Of a stretch of 64,000 nt of DNA, positions 1-12,603 are shown one piece after another. The stretch is from Eledone cirrhosa (Eukaryota): positions 277,388,001 through 277,452,000 of the forward strand of contig OZ024742.1 in assembly GCA_964016885.1 (NCBI GenBank), written 5' to 3'. Numbering within the stretch: position 1 is the first letter of the stretch; each line of letters begins with the position of its first letter. The position numbers and the translations under genes are program-made. Under the pieces are notes generated by a model. The model had not been told where the DNA came from and made no database searches. It saw only the letters and a list, made by a program, of their open reading frames with translations.

Positions 1-234
1 AAACGACAACGACGATATCAACATATGAGAAGAATACATTTGGAAAGGTTGATTGGTGGTAAGTATTTCCGTTGGACATGCAAAATTATTGCCGACGTAT
101 AGTGTTGAAATATTGCACAAGTTTACTGATTAATGAAACAATGTTTCGACTAATATTATCATCACTATTTAAATTGTGATAAGGACGCTTACAAATTGTT
201 AGAAGAAGCAAAGAATGGAGTAAAACAATTAGAG

Positions 235-306
235 TTCCCATGCCGGGAATCGAACCCGGGCCGGCTGGGTGAAAGCCAGGAATCCTAACCACTAGACCAC
301 ATTGGA
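235..306 (-). tRNA. tRNA-Glu(TTC), unit 1, variant (acceptor and anticodon-stem mismatches)
   Basis: Reverse complement TCCAATGTGGTCTAGTGGTTAGGATTCCTGGCTTTCACCCAGCCGG...GTTCGATTCCCGGCATGGGAA; A/B boxes intact. Confidence 0.85.
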
Positions 307-487
307 AGCCATTGCTGAAATGAGGAAATATTACACTTTTAAATGTGACAATATATTAATAAACTGTAGAAACTTCTATATATTTATAGAAGCAGGCATA
401 ACATGACAGGCACGGTTTTCATTCATAGATAAATATCACTAGCGATTTCTTCAATACGTTGCTTTACTAAAGGTCACGACCTATACA

Positions 488-559
488 TCCTCGGTAGTAT
501 AGTGGTAAGTATCCCCGCCTGTCACGCGGGAGACCGGGGTTCGATTCCCCGCCGGGGAG
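488..559 (+). tRNA. tRNA-Asp(GTC), unit 1, array consensus
   Basis: TCCTCGGTAGTATAGTGGTAAGTATCCCCGCCTGTCACGCGGGAGACCGGGGTTCGATTCCCCGCCGGGGAG; full cloverleaf; TTTTT terminator ~10 nt downstream. Confidence 0.97.
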
Positions 560-827
560 GTACATATACTTTTTATCTATGAAAGAACAACATTTTAGAT
601 TTTTACACACACACTCTCTCTTAGATGTTCAACATATCTTTCCATAACGATCGGTCAATTGTTAGCACTACACATGGCAACTACCATTTTCATCTGGCAT
701 TCTAGCATATTTAATTCTTTCCATTTTACCGTCGTCCCATCTCTGGCAACTAAACAATCTCTCGTTTCGTTCATCTCAAAAATATTAATTCATGTTTGCA
801 CACACAAAGCTAAACTCAAAGCCTCAG

Positions 828-1215
828 CTCGAGCCAGCGCGGCTGGACCGAGGGGACGCCATGACAATCTTCCCATTCCGTGACGGTAGGCCACACGTCT
901 CTCTTGCTACACGATGTGGCACCTTCTCTAGCGGCAGCATGCTGCGTCCGGCTGCCAGCTTAGTATCCGCTGTTTGCCATGCCGAAGATGGGAAACTGTC
1001 CGAGTATTGGCCGCTTTCTTATATGTTTGTGGTAGAGCGAGTAGCAGTGGAGACTACCAGTGTTCTTGACCCCTAGACAACGGCCCCCGCTCATGGCCAT
1101 CGGAGCTGAGTTGGGTGCGCGAAGTTGCAAGTCTCCCCCAGTTTGATTGGCTCTACCAGCTCGTCTCCGTCACCGTCCTCCCAGGCAATATATTCTTCAT
1201 CCTGTCGGTACGAAG
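828..1215 (+). mobile_element. Degenerate 3' end (RLE endonuclease domain) of a CRE-like non-LTR retrotransposon; present in every array unit (unit 1 coordinates given)
   Basis: Translates LEPARLDRGD..MTIFPFRDGRP..ATRCGTFSSGSM..AASLVSAVCHAEDGKLSEY..FVVERVAVETTSVL, then after a stop/frameshift DWLYQLVSVTVLPGNIFFILS. This matches the CRE-type pattern LEP.GLDRGDG.RPDG.T.FP..GR.L.WDAT..DT...AE..K..KY...FEP.A.ET.G..G...WL.QR.S.A..RGN...IL. Confidence 0.8.
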
Positions 1216-1573
1216 AGGTGCAGGGTATGATAGTTTCCACCTCATATTTCTCTTCTGCTGCCTAGATATTTCTTCCTAGACATATGTTACCGAAAGTTTT
1301 CAGAGTAATCGAAAGCAACAGCTGATTTTTGATTTCATAAAAACGACAACGACGATATCAACATAAGAGAAGAATACATTTGGAAAGGTTGATTGGTGGT
1401 AAGTATTTCCGTTGGACATGCAAAATTATTGCCGACGTATAGTGTTGAAATAATGCACAAGTTTACTGATTAATGAAACAATGTTTCGACTATTACATCA
1501 TCACTATTTAAATTGTGATAAGGACGCTTACAAATTGTTAGAAGAAGCAAAGAATGGATTAAAACAATTAGAG

Positions 1574-1645
1574 TTCCCATGCCGGGAATCGAACCCGGGC
1601 CGCCTGGGTGAAAGCCAGGAATCCTAACCACTAGACCACATGGGA
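1574..1645 (-). tRNA. tRNA-Glu(TTC), unit 2, consensus
   Basis: TCCCATGTGGTCTAGTGGTTAGGATTCCTGGCTTTCACCCAGGCGGCCCGGGTTCGATTCCCGGCATGGGAA on - strand; TTTT terminator downstream. Confidence 0.97.
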
Positions 1646-1826
1646 AGCCATTGCTGAAATGAGGAAATAGTACACTTTTAAATGTGACAATATATTAATA
1701 AACTGTAGAAACTTCTATATATTTATAGAAGCAGGCATAACATGACAGGCACGGTTTTCATTCATAGATAAATATCACTAGCGATTTCTTCAATACGTTG
1801 CTTTACTAAAGGTCACCACCTATACA

Positions 1827-1898
1827 TCCTCGGTAGTATAGTGGTAAGTATCCCCGCCTGTCACGCGGGAGACCGGGGTTCGATTCCCCGCCGGAGAG
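1827..1898 (+). tRNA. tRNA-Asp(GTC), unit 2, acceptor-stem variant
   Basis: 3' end reads CCGGAGAG instead of CCGGGGAG. Confidence 0.88.
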
Positions 1899-2913
1899 GT
1901 ACATATACTTTTTATCTATGAAAGAACAAAATTTTAGATTTTTACACACACACTCTCTCTTAGATGTTCAACATATCTTTCCATAACGATCGGTCAATTG
2001 TTAGCACTACACATGGCAACTACCATTTTCATCTGGCATTCTAGCATATTTAATTCTTTCCATTTTACCGTCGTCCCATCTCTGGCAACTAAACAATCTC
2101 TCGTTTCGTTCATCTCAAAAATATTAATTCATGTTTGCACACACAAAGCTAAACTCAAAGCCTCAGCTCGAGCCAGCGCGGCTGGACCGAGGGGACGCCA
2201 TGACAATCTTCCCATTCCGTGACGGTAGGCCACACGTCTCTCTTGCTACACGATGTGGCACCTTCTCTAGCGGCAGCATGCTGCGTCCAGCTGCCAGCTT
2301 AGTATCCGCTGTTTGCCACGCCGAAGATGGGAAACTGTCCGAGTATTGGCCGCTTTCTTATATGTTTGTGGTAGAGCGAGTAGCAGTGGAGACTACCAGT
2401 GTTCTTGACCCCTAGACAACGGCCCCCGCTCATGGCCATCGGAGCTGAGTTGGGTGAGCGAAGTTGCAAGTCTCCCCCAGTTTGATTGGCTCTACCAGCT
2501 CGTCTCCGTCACCGTCCTCCCAGGCAATATATTCTTCATCCTGTCGGTACGAAGAGGTGCAGGGTATGATAGTTTCCACCTCATATTTCTCTTCTGCTGC
2601 CTAGATATTTCTTCCTAGACATATGTTACCGAAAGATTTCAGAGTAATCGAAAGCAACAGCTGATTTTTGATTTCATAAAAACGACAACGACGATATCAA
2701 CATATGAGAAGAATACATTTGGAAAGGTTGATTGGTGGTAAGTATTTCCGTTGGACATGCAAAATTATTGCCGACGTATAGTGTTGAAATATTGCACAAG
2801 TTTACTGATTAATGAAACAATGTTTCGACTAATATTATCATCACTATTTAAATTGTGATAAGGACGCTTACAAATTGTTAGAAGAAGCAAAGAATGGAGT
2901 AAAACAATTAGAG

Positions 2914-2985
2914 TTCCCATGCCGGGAATCGAACCCGTGCCGGCTGGGTGAAAGCCAGGAATCCTAACCACTAGACCACATTGGA
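2914..2985 (-). tRNA. tRNA-Glu(TTC), unit 3, variant (acceptor, anticodon-stem and T-stem mismatches)
   Basis: Glu-TTC body with three substitutions versus consensus. Confidence 0.8.
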
Positions 2986-3166
2986 AGCCATTGCTGAAAT
3001 GAGGAAATATTACACTTTTAAATGTGACAATATATTAATAAACTGTAGAAACTTCTATATATTTATAGAAGCAGGCATAACATGACAGGCACGGTTTTCA
3101 TTCATAGATAAATATCACTAGCGATTTCTTCAATACGTTGCTTTACTAAAGGTCACCACCTATACA

Positions 3167-3238
3167 TCCTCGGTAGTATAGTGGTAAGTATCCCCGCCTG
3201 TCACGCGGGAGACCGGGGTTCGATTCCCCGCCGGGGAG
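3167..3238 (+). tRNA. tRNA-Asp(GTC), unit 3, consensus
   Basis: Identical to unit 1 Asp. Confidence 0.97.
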
Positions 3239-4252
3239 GTACATATACTTTTTATCTATGAAAGAACAAAATTTTAGATTTTTACACACACACTCTCTCT
3301 TAGATGTTCAACATATCTTTCCATAACGATCGGTCATTTATTAGCACTACACATGGCAACTACCATTTTCATCTGGCATTCTAGCATATTTAATTCTTTC
3401 CATTTTACCGTCGTCCCATCTCTGGCAACTAAACAATCTCTAGTTTCGTTCATCTCAAAAATATTAATTCATGTTTGCACACACAAAGCTAAACTCAAAG
3501 CCTCAGCTCGAGCCAGCGCGGTTGGACCGAGGGGACCGCATGACAATCTCCCCATTCCGTGACGGTAGGCCACACGTCTCTCTTGCTACACGATGTGGCA
3601 CCTTCTCTAGCGGCAGCATGCTGCGTCCGGCTGCCAGCTTAGTATCCGCTGTTTGCCACGCCGAAGATGGCAAACTGTCCGAGTATCGGCCGCTTTCTTA
3701 TATGTTTGTGGTAGAGCGAGTAGCAGTGGAGACTACCAGTGTTCTTGACGCCTAGACAACGGCCCCCGCTCATGGCCATCGGAGCTGAGTTGGGTGCGCG
3801 AAGTTGCAAGTCTCCCCCAGTTTGATTGGCTCTACCAGCTCGTCTCCGTCACCGTCCTCCCAGGCAATATATTCTTCATCCTGTCGGTACGAAGAGGTGC
3901 AGGGTATGATAGTTTCCACCTCATATTTCTCTTCTGCTGCCTAGATATTTCTTCCTAGACATATGTTACCGAAAGTTTTCAGAGTAATCGAAAGCAACAG
4001 CTGATTTTTGATTTCATAAAAACGACAACGACGATATCAACATAAGAGAAGAATACATTTGGAAAGGTTGATTGGTGGTAAGTATTTCCGTTGGACATGC
4101 AAAATTATTGCCGACGTATAGTGTTGAAATATTGCACAAGTTTACTGATTAATGAAACAATGTTTCGACTATTACATCATCACTATTTAAATTGTGATAA
4201 GGACGCTTACAAATTGTTAGAAGAAGCAAAGAATGGAGTAAAACAATTAGAG

Positions 4253-4324
4253 TTCCCATGCCGGGAATCGAACCCGGGCCGCCTGGGTGAAAGCCAGGAA
4301 TCCTAACCACTAGACCACATGGGA
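4253..4324 (-). tRNA. tRNA-Glu(TTC), unit 4, consensus
   Basis: Identical to unit 2 Glu. Confidence 0.97.
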
Positions 4325-4505
4325 AGCCATTGCTGAAATGAGGAAATAGTACACTTTTAAATGTGACAATATATTAATAAACTGTAGACACTTCTATATA
4401 TTTAGAGAAGCAGGCATAACATGACAGGCACGGTTTTCATTCATAGATAAATATCACTAGCGATTTCTTCAATACGTTGCTTTACTAAAGGTCACCATCT
4501 ATACA

Positions 4506-4577
4506 TCCTCGGTAGTATAGTGGTAAGTATCCCCGCCTGTCACGCGGGAGACAGGGGTTCGATTCCCCGCCGGGGAG
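4506..4577 (+). tRNA. tRNA-Asp(GTC), unit 4, T-stem variant
   Basis: GAGACAGGGG instead of GAGACCGGGG. Confidence 0.88.
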
Positions 4578-5588
4578 TACATACACTTTTTATCTATGAA
4601 AGAACAAAATTTTAGATTTTTACACACATTCTCTCTTAGATGTTCAACATATCTTTCCATAACGATCGGTCAATTGTTAGCACTACACATGGCAACTACC
4701 ATTTTCATCTGGCATTCTAGCATATTTAATTCTTTCCATTTTACCGTCGTCCCATCTCTGGCAACTAAACAATCTCTCGTTTCGTTCATCTCAAAAATAT
4801 TAATTCATGTTTGCACACACAAAGCTAAACTCAAAGCCGCAGCTCGAGCCAGCGCGGCTGGACCGAGGGGACCGCATGACAATCTCCCCATTCCGTGACG
4901 GTAGGCCACACGTCTCTCTTGCTACACGATGTGGCACCTTCTCTAGCGGCAGCATGCTGCGTCCGGCTGCCAGCTTAGTATCCGCTGTTTGCCATGCCGA
5001 AGATGGGAAACTGTCCGAGTATTGGCCGCTTTCTTATATGTTTGTGGTAGAGCGAGTAGCAGTGGAGACTACCAGTGTTCTTGACCCCTAGACAACGGCC
5101 CCCGCTCATGGCCATCGGAGCTGAGTTGGGTGCGCGAAGTTGCAAGTCTCCCCCAGTTTGATTGGCTCTACCAGCTCGTCTCCGTCACCGTCCTCCCAGG
5201 CAATATATTCTTCATCCTGTCGGTACGAAGAGGTGCAGGGTATGATAGTTTCCACCTCATATTTCTCTTCTGCTGCCTAGATATTTCTTCCTAGACATAT
5301 GTTACCGAAAGTTTTCAGAGTAATCGAAAGCAACAGCTGATTTTTGATTTCATAAAAACGACAACGACGATATCAACATAAGAGAAGAATACATTTGGAA
5401 AGGTTGATTGGTGGTAAGTATTTCCGTTGGACATGCAAAATTATTGCCGACGTATAGTGTTGAAATAATGCACAAGTTTACTGATTAATGAAACAATGTT
5501 TCGACTATTACATCATCACTATTTAAATTGTGATAAGGACGCTTACAAATTGTTAGAAGAAGCAAAGAATGGATTAAAACAATTAGAG

Positions 5589-5660
5589 TTCCCATGCCGG
5601 GAATCGAACCCGGGCCGCCTGGGTGAAAGCCAGGAATCCTAACCACTAGACCACATGGGA
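5589..5660 (-). tRNA. tRNA-Glu(TTC), unit 5, consensus
   Basis: Identical to consensus. Confidence 0.97.
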
Positions 5661-5841
5661 AGCCATTGCTGAAATGAGGAAATAGTACACTTTTAAATGT
5701 GACAATATATTAATAAACTGTAGAAACTTCTATATATTTATAGAAGCAGGCATAACATGACAGGCACGGTTTTCATTCATAGATAAATATCACTAGCGAT
5801 TTCTTCAATACGTTGCTTTACTAAAGGTCACCACCTATACA

Positions 5842-5913
5842 TCCTCGGTAGTATAGTGGTAAGTATCCCCGCCTGTCACGCGGGAGACCGGGGTTCGATT
5901 CCCCGCCGGGGAG
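5842..5913 (+). tRNA. tRNA-Asp(GTC), unit 5, consensus
   Basis: Identical to consensus. Confidence 0.97.
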
Positions 5914-6927
5914 GTACATATACTTTTTATCTATGAAAGAACAAAATTTTAGATTTTTACACACACACTCTCTCTTAGATGTTCAACATATCTTTCCATA
6001 ACGATCGGTCATTTATTAGCACTACACATGGCAACTACCATTTTCATCTGGCATTCTAGCATATTTAATTCTTTCCATTTTACCGTCGTCCCATCTCTGG
6101 CAACTAAACAATCTCTAGTTTCGTTCATCTCAAAAATATTAATTCATGTTTGCACACACAAAGCTAAACTCAAAGCCTCAGCTCGAGCCAGCGCGGCTGG
6201 ACCGAGGGGACCGCATGACAATCTCCCCATTCCGTGACGGTAGGCCACACGTCTCTCTTGCTACACGATGTGGCACCTTCTCTAGCGGCAGCATGCTGCG
6301 TCCGGCTGCCAGCTTAGTATCCGCTGTTTGCCACGCCGAAGATGGCAAACTGTCCGAGTATCGGCCGCTTTCTTATATGTTTGTGGTAGAGCGAGTAGCA
6401 GTGGAGACTACCAGTGTTCTTGACGCCTAGACAACGGCCCCCGCTCATGGCCATCGGAGCTGAGTTGGGTGCGCGAAGTTGCAAGTCTCCCCCAGTTTGA
6501 TTGGCTCTACCAGCTCGTCTCCGTCACCGTCCTCCCAGGCAATATATTCTTCATCCTGTCGGTACGAAGAGGTGCAGGGTATGATAGTTTCCACCTCATA
6601 TTTCTCTTCTGCTGCCTAGATATTTCTTCCTAGACATATGTTACCGAAAGTTTTCAGAGTAATCGAAAGCAACAGCTGATTTTTGATTTCATAAAAACGA
6701 CAACGACGATATCAACATAAGAGAAGAATACATTTGGAAAGGTTGATTGGTGGTAAGTATTTCCGTTGGACATGCAAAATTATTGCCGACGTATAGTGTT
6801 GAAATATTGCACAAGTTTACTGATTAATGAAACAATGTTTCGACTATTACATCATCACTATTTAAATTGTGATAAGGACGCTTACAAATTGTTAGAAGAA
6901 GCAAAGAATGGAGTAAAACAATTAGAG

Positions 6928-6999
6928 TTCCCATGCCGGGAATCGAACCCGGGCCGCCTGGGTGAAAGCCAGGAATCCTAACCACTAGACCACATGGGA
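6928..6999 (-). tRNA. tRNA-Glu(TTC), unit 6, consensus
   Basis: Identical to consensus. Confidence 0.97.
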
Positions 7000-7180
7000 A
7001 GCCATTGCTGAAATGAGGAAATAGTACACTTTTAAATGTGACAATATATTAATAAACTGTAGACACTTCTATATATTTAGAGAAGCAGGCATAACATGAC
7101 AGGCACGGTTTTCATTCATAGATAAATATCACTAGCGATTTCTTCAATACGTTGCTTTACTAAAGGTCACCATCTATACA

Positions 7181-7252
7181 TCCTCGGTAGTATAGTGGTA
7201 AGTATCCCCGCCTGTCACGCGGGAGACAGGGGTTCGATTCCCCGCCGGGGAG
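7181..7252 (+). tRNA. tRNA-Asp(GTC), unit 6, T-stem variant
   Basis: Same ACAGGGG variant as unit 4. Confidence 0.88.
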
Positions 7253-8263
7253 TACATACACTTTTTATCTATGAAAGAACAAAATTTTAGATTTTTACAC
7301 ACATTCTCTCTTAGATGTTCAACATATCTTTCCATAACGATCGGTCAATTGTTAGCACTACACATGGCAACTACCATTTTCATCTGGCATTCTAGCATAT
7401 TTAATTCTTTCCATTTTACCGTCGTCCCATCTCTGGCAACTAAACAATCTCTCGTTTCGTTCATCTCAAAAATATTAATTCATGTTTGCACACACAAAGC
7501 TAAACTCAAAGCCGCAGCTCGAGCCAGCGCGGCTGGACCGAGGGGACCGCATGACAATCTCCCCATTCCGTGACGGTAGGCCACACGTCTCTCTTGCTAC
7601 ACGATGTGGCACCTTCTCTAGCGGCAGCATGCTGCGTCCGGCTGCCAGCTTAGTATCCGCTGTTTGCCATGCCGAAGATGGGAAACTGTCCGAGTATTGG
7701 CCGCTTTCTTATATGTTTGTGGTAGAGCGAGTAGCAGTGGAGACTACCAGTGTTCTTGACCCCTAGACAACGGCCCCCGCTCATGGCCATCGGAGCTGAG
7801 TTGGGTGCGCGAAGTTGCAAGTCTCCCCCAGTTTGATTGGCTCTACCAGCTCGTCTCCGTCACCGTCCTCCCAGGCAATATATTCTTCATCCTGTCGGTA
7901 CGAAGAGGTGCAGGGTATGATAGTTTCCACCTCATATTTCTCTTCTGCTGCCTAGATATTTCTTCCTAGACATATGTTACCGAAAGTTTTCAGAGTAATC
8001 GAAAGCAACAGCTGATTTTTGATTTCATAAAAACGACAACGACGATATCAACATAAGAGAAGAATACATTTGGAAAGGTTGATTGGTGGTAAGTATTTCC
8101 GTTGGACATGCAAAATTATTGCCGACGTATAGTGTTGAAATAATGCACAAGTTTACTGATTAATGAAACAATGTTTCGACTATTACATCATCACTATTTA
8201 AATTGTGATAAGGACGCTTACAAATTGTTAGAAGAAGCAAAGAATGGATTAAAACAATTAGAG

Positions 8264-8335
8264 TTCCCATGCCGGGAATCGAACCCGGGCCGCCTGGGTG
8301 AAAGCCAGGAATCCTAACCACTAGACCACATGGGA
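8264..8335 (-). tRNA. tRNA-Glu(TTC), unit 7, consensus
   Basis: Identical to consensus. Confidence 0.97.
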
Positions 8336-8516
8336 AGCCATTGCTGAAATGAGGAAATAGTACACTTTTAAATGTGACAATATATTAATAAACTGTAGAA
8401 ACTTCTATATATTTATAGAAGCAGGCATAACATGACAGGCACGGTTTTCATTCATAGATAAATATCACTAGCGATTTCTTCAATACGTTGCTTTACTAAA
8501 GGTCACCACCTATACA

Positions 8517-8588
8517 TCCTCGGTAGTATAGTGGTAAGTATCCCCGCCTGTCACGCGGGAGACCGGGGTTCGATTCCCCGCCGGAGAG
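8517..8588 (+). tRNA. tRNA-Asp(GTC), unit 7, acceptor-stem variant
   Basis: Same CCGGAGAG variant as unit 2. Confidence 0.88.
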
Positions 8589-9603
8589 GTACATATACTT
8601 TTTATCTATGAAAGAACAAAATTTTAGATTTTTACACACACACTCTCTCTTAGATGTTCAACATATCTTTCCATAACGATCGGTCAATTGTTAGCACTAC
8701 ACATGGCAACTACCATTTTCATCTGGCATTCTAGCATATTTAATTCTTTCCATTTTACCGTCGTCCCATCTCTGGCAACTAAACAATCTCTCGTTTCGTT
8801 CATCTCAAAAATATTAATTCATGTTTGCACACACAAAGCTAAACTCAAAGCCTCAGCTCGAGCCAGCGCGGCTGGACCGAGGGGACGCCATGACAATCTT
8901 CCCATTCCGTGACGGTAGGCCACACGTCTCTCTTGCTACACGATGTGGCACCTTCTCTAGCGGCAGCATGCTGCGTCCAGCTGCCAGCTTAGTATCCGCT
9001 GTTTGCCACGCCGAAGATGGGAAACTGTCCGAGTATTGGCCGCTTTCTTATATGTTTGTGGTAGAGCGAGTAGCAGTGGAGACTACCAGTGTTCTTGACC
9101 CCTAGACAACGGCCCCCGCTCATGGCCATCGGAGCTGAGTTGGGTGAGCGAAGTTGCAAGTCTCCCCCAGTTTGATTGGCTCTACCAGCTCGTCTCCGTC
9201 ACCGTCCTCCCAGGCAATATATTCTTCATCCTGTCGGTACGAAGAGGTGCAGGGTATGATAGTTTCCACCTCATATTTCTCTTCTGCTGCCTAGATATTT
9301 CTTCCTAGACATATGTTACCGAAAGATTTCAGAGTAATCGAAAGCAACAGCTGATTTTTGATTTCATAAAAACGACAACGACGATATCAACATATGAGAA
9401 GAATACATTTGGAAAGGTTGATTGGTGGTAAGTATTTCCGTTGGACATGCAAAATTATTGCCGACGTATAGTGTTGAAATATTGCAGAAGTTTACTGATT
9501 AATGAAACAATGTTTCGACTAATATTATCATCACTATTTAAATTGTGATAAGGACGCTTACAAATTGTTAGAAGAAGCAAAGAATGGAGTAAAACAATTA
9601 GAG

Positions 9604-9675
9604 TTCCCATGCCGGGAATCGAACCCGTGCCGGCTGGGTGAAAGCCAGGAATCCTAACCACTAGACCACATTGGA
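9604..9675 (-). tRNA. tRNA-Glu(TTC), unit 8, variant as unit 3
   Basis: Same three substitutions as unit 3. Confidence 0.8.
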
Positions 9676-9856
9676 AGCCATTGCTGAAATGAGGAAATAT
9701 TACACTTTTAAATGTGACAATATATTAATAAACTGTAGAAACTTCTATATATTTATAGAAGCAGGCATAACATGACAGGCACGGTTTTCATTCATAGATA
9801 AATATCACTAGCGATTTCTTCAATACGTTGCTTTACTAAAGGTCACCACCTATACA

Positions 9857-9928
9857 TCCTCGGTAGTATAGTGGTAAGTATCCCCGCCTGTCACGCGGGA
9901 GACCGGGGTTCGATTCCCCGCCGGGGAG
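9857..9928 (+). tRNA. tRNA-Asp(GTC), unit 8, consensus
   Basis: Identical to consensus. Confidence 0.97.
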
Positions 9929-10942
9929 GTACATATACTTTTTATCTATGAAAGAACAAAATTTTAGATTTTTACACACACACTCTCTCTTAGATGTTCA
10001 ACATATCTTTCCATAACGATCGGTCATTTATTAGCACTACACATGGCAACTACCATTTTCATCTGGCATTCTAGCATATTTAATTCTTTCCATTTTACCG
10101 TCGTCCCATCTCTGGCAACTAAACAATCTCTAGTTTCGTTCATCTCAAAAATATTAATTCATGTTTGCACACACAAAGCTAAACTCAAAGCCTCAGCTCG
10201 AGCCAGCGCGGCTGGACCGAGGGGACCGCATGACAATCTCCCCATTCCGTGACGGTAGGCCACACGTCTCTCTTGCTACACGATGTGGCACCTTCTCTAG
10301 CGGCAGCATGCTGCGTCCGGCTGCCAGCTTAGTATCCGCTGTTTGCCACGCCGAAGATGGCAAACTGTCCGAGTATCGGCCGCTTTCTTATATGTTTGTG
10401 GTAGAGCGAGTAGCAGTGGAGACTACCAGTGTTCTTGACGCCTAGACAACGGCCCCCGCTCATGGCCATCGGAGCTGAGTTGGGTGCGCGAAGTTGCAAG
10501 TCTCCCCCAGTTTGATTGGCTCTACCAGCTCGTCTCCGTCACCGTCCTCCCAGGCAATATATTCTTCATCCTGTCGGTACGAAGAGGTGCAGGGTATGAT
10601 AGTTTCCACCTCATATTTCTCTTCTGCTGCCTAGATATTTCTTCCTAGACATATGTTACCGAAAGTTTTCAGAGTAATCGAAAGCAACAGCTGATTTTTG
10701 ATTTCATAAAAACGACAACGACGATATCAACATAAGAGAAGAATACATTTGGAAAGGTTGATTGGTGGTAAGTATTTCCGTTGGACATGCAAAATTATTG
10801 CCGACGTATAGTGTTGAAATATTGCACAAGTTTACTGATTAATGAAACAATGTTTCGACTATTACATCATCACTATTTAAATTGTGATAAGGACGCTTAC
10901 AAATTGTTAGAAGAAGCAAAGAATGGAGTAAAACAATTAGAG

Positions 10943-11014
10943 TTCCCATGCCGGGAATCGAACCCGGGCCGCCTGGGTGAAAGCCAGGAATCCTAACCAC
11001 TAGACCACATGGGA
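10943..11014 (-). tRNA. tRNA-Glu(TTC), unit 9, consensus
   Basis: Identical to consensus. Confidence 0.97.
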
Positions 11015-11195
11015 AGCCATTGCTGAAATGAGGAAATAGTACACTTTTAAATGTGACAATATATTAATAAACAGTAGACACTTCTATATATTTAGAGAAG
11101 CAGGCATAACATGACAGGCACGGTTTTCATTCATAGATAAATATCACTAGCGATTTCTTCAATACGTTGCTTTACTAAAGGTCACCATCTATACA

Positions 11196-11267
11196 TCCTC
11201 GGTAGTATAGTGGTAAGTATCCCCGCCTGTCACGCGGGAGACAGGGGTTCGATTCCCCGCCGGGGAG
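11196..11267 (+). tRNA. tRNA-Asp(GTC), unit 9, T-stem variant
   Basis: ACAGGGG variant. Confidence 0.88.
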
Positions 11268-12278
11268 TACATACACTTTTTATCTATGAAAGAACAAAAT
11301 TTTAGATTTTTACACACATTCTCTCTTAGATGTTCAACATATCTTTCCATAACGATCGGTCAATTGTTAGCACTACACATGGCAACTACCATTTTCATCT
11401 GGCATTCTAGCATATTTAATTCTTTCCATTTTACCGTCGTCCCATCTCTGGCAACTAAACAATCTCTAGTTTCGTTCATCTCAAAAATATTAATTCATGT
11501 TTGCACACACAAAGCTAAACTCAAAGCCTCAGCTCGAGCCAGCGCGGCTGGACCGAGGGGACCGCATGACAATCTCCCCATTCCGTGACGGTAGGCCACA
11601 CGTCTCTCTTGCTACACGATGTGGCACCTTCTCTAGCGGCAGCATGCTGCGTCCGGCTGCCAGCTTAGTATCCGCTGTTTGCCACGCCGAAGATGGCAAA
11701 CTGTCCGAGTATCGGCCGCTTTCTTATATGTTTGTGGTAGAGCGAGTAGCAGTGGAGACTACCAGTGTTCTTGACGCCTAGACAACGGCCCCCGCTCATG
11801 GCCATCGGAGCTGAGTTGGGTGCGCGAAGTTGCAAGTCTCCCCCAGTTTGATTGGCTCTACCAGCTCGTCTCCGTCACCGTCCTCCCAGGCAATATATTC
11901 TTCATCCTGTCGGTACGAAGAGGTGCAGGGTATGATAGTTTCCACCTCATATTTCTCTTCTGCTGCCTAGATATTTCTTCCTAGACATATGTTACCGAAA
12001 GTTTTCAGAGTAATCGAAAGCAACAGCTGATTTTTGATTTCATAAAAACGACAACGACGATATCAACATAAGAGAAGAATACATTTGGAAAGGTTGATTG
12101 GTGGTAAGTATTTCCGTTGGACATGCAAAATTATTGCCGACGTATAGTGTTGAAATATTGCACAAGTTTACTGATTAATGAAACAATGTTTCGACTATTA
12201 CATCATCACTATTTAAATTGTGATAAGGACGCTTACAAATTGTTAGAAGAAGCAAAGAATGGAGTAAAACAATTAGAG

Positions 12279-12350
12279 TTCCCATGCCGGGAATCGAACC
12301 CGGGCCGCCTGGGTGAAAGCCAGGAATCCTAACCACTAGACCACATGGGA
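12279..12350 (-). tRNA. tRNA-Glu(TTC), unit 10, consensus
   Basis: Identical to consensus. Confidence 0.97.
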
Positions 12351-12531
12351 AGCCATTGCTGAAATGAGGAAATAGTACACTTTTAAATGTGACAATATAT
12401 TAATAAACTGTAGACACTTCTATATATTTAGAGAAGCAGGCATAACATGACAGGCACGGTTTTCATTCATAGATAAATATCACTAGCGATTTCTTCAATA
12501 CGTTGCTTTACTAAAGGTCACCATCTATACA

Positions 12532-12603
12532 TCCTCGGTAGTATAGTGGTAAGTATCCCCGCCTGTCACGCGGGAGACAGGGGTTCGATTCCCCGCCGGG
12601 GAG
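12532..12603 (+). tRNA. tRNA-Asp(GTC), unit 10, T-stem variant
   Basis: ACAGGGG variant. Confidence 0.88.

Noticed and set aside
1095-1150. - strand peptide KLGETCNFAHPTQLR resembling a CCCH zinc finger
   Set aside because: It lacks the upstream cysteines, is not kept in the older inverted copies, and is antisense to the better-supported RLE reading.
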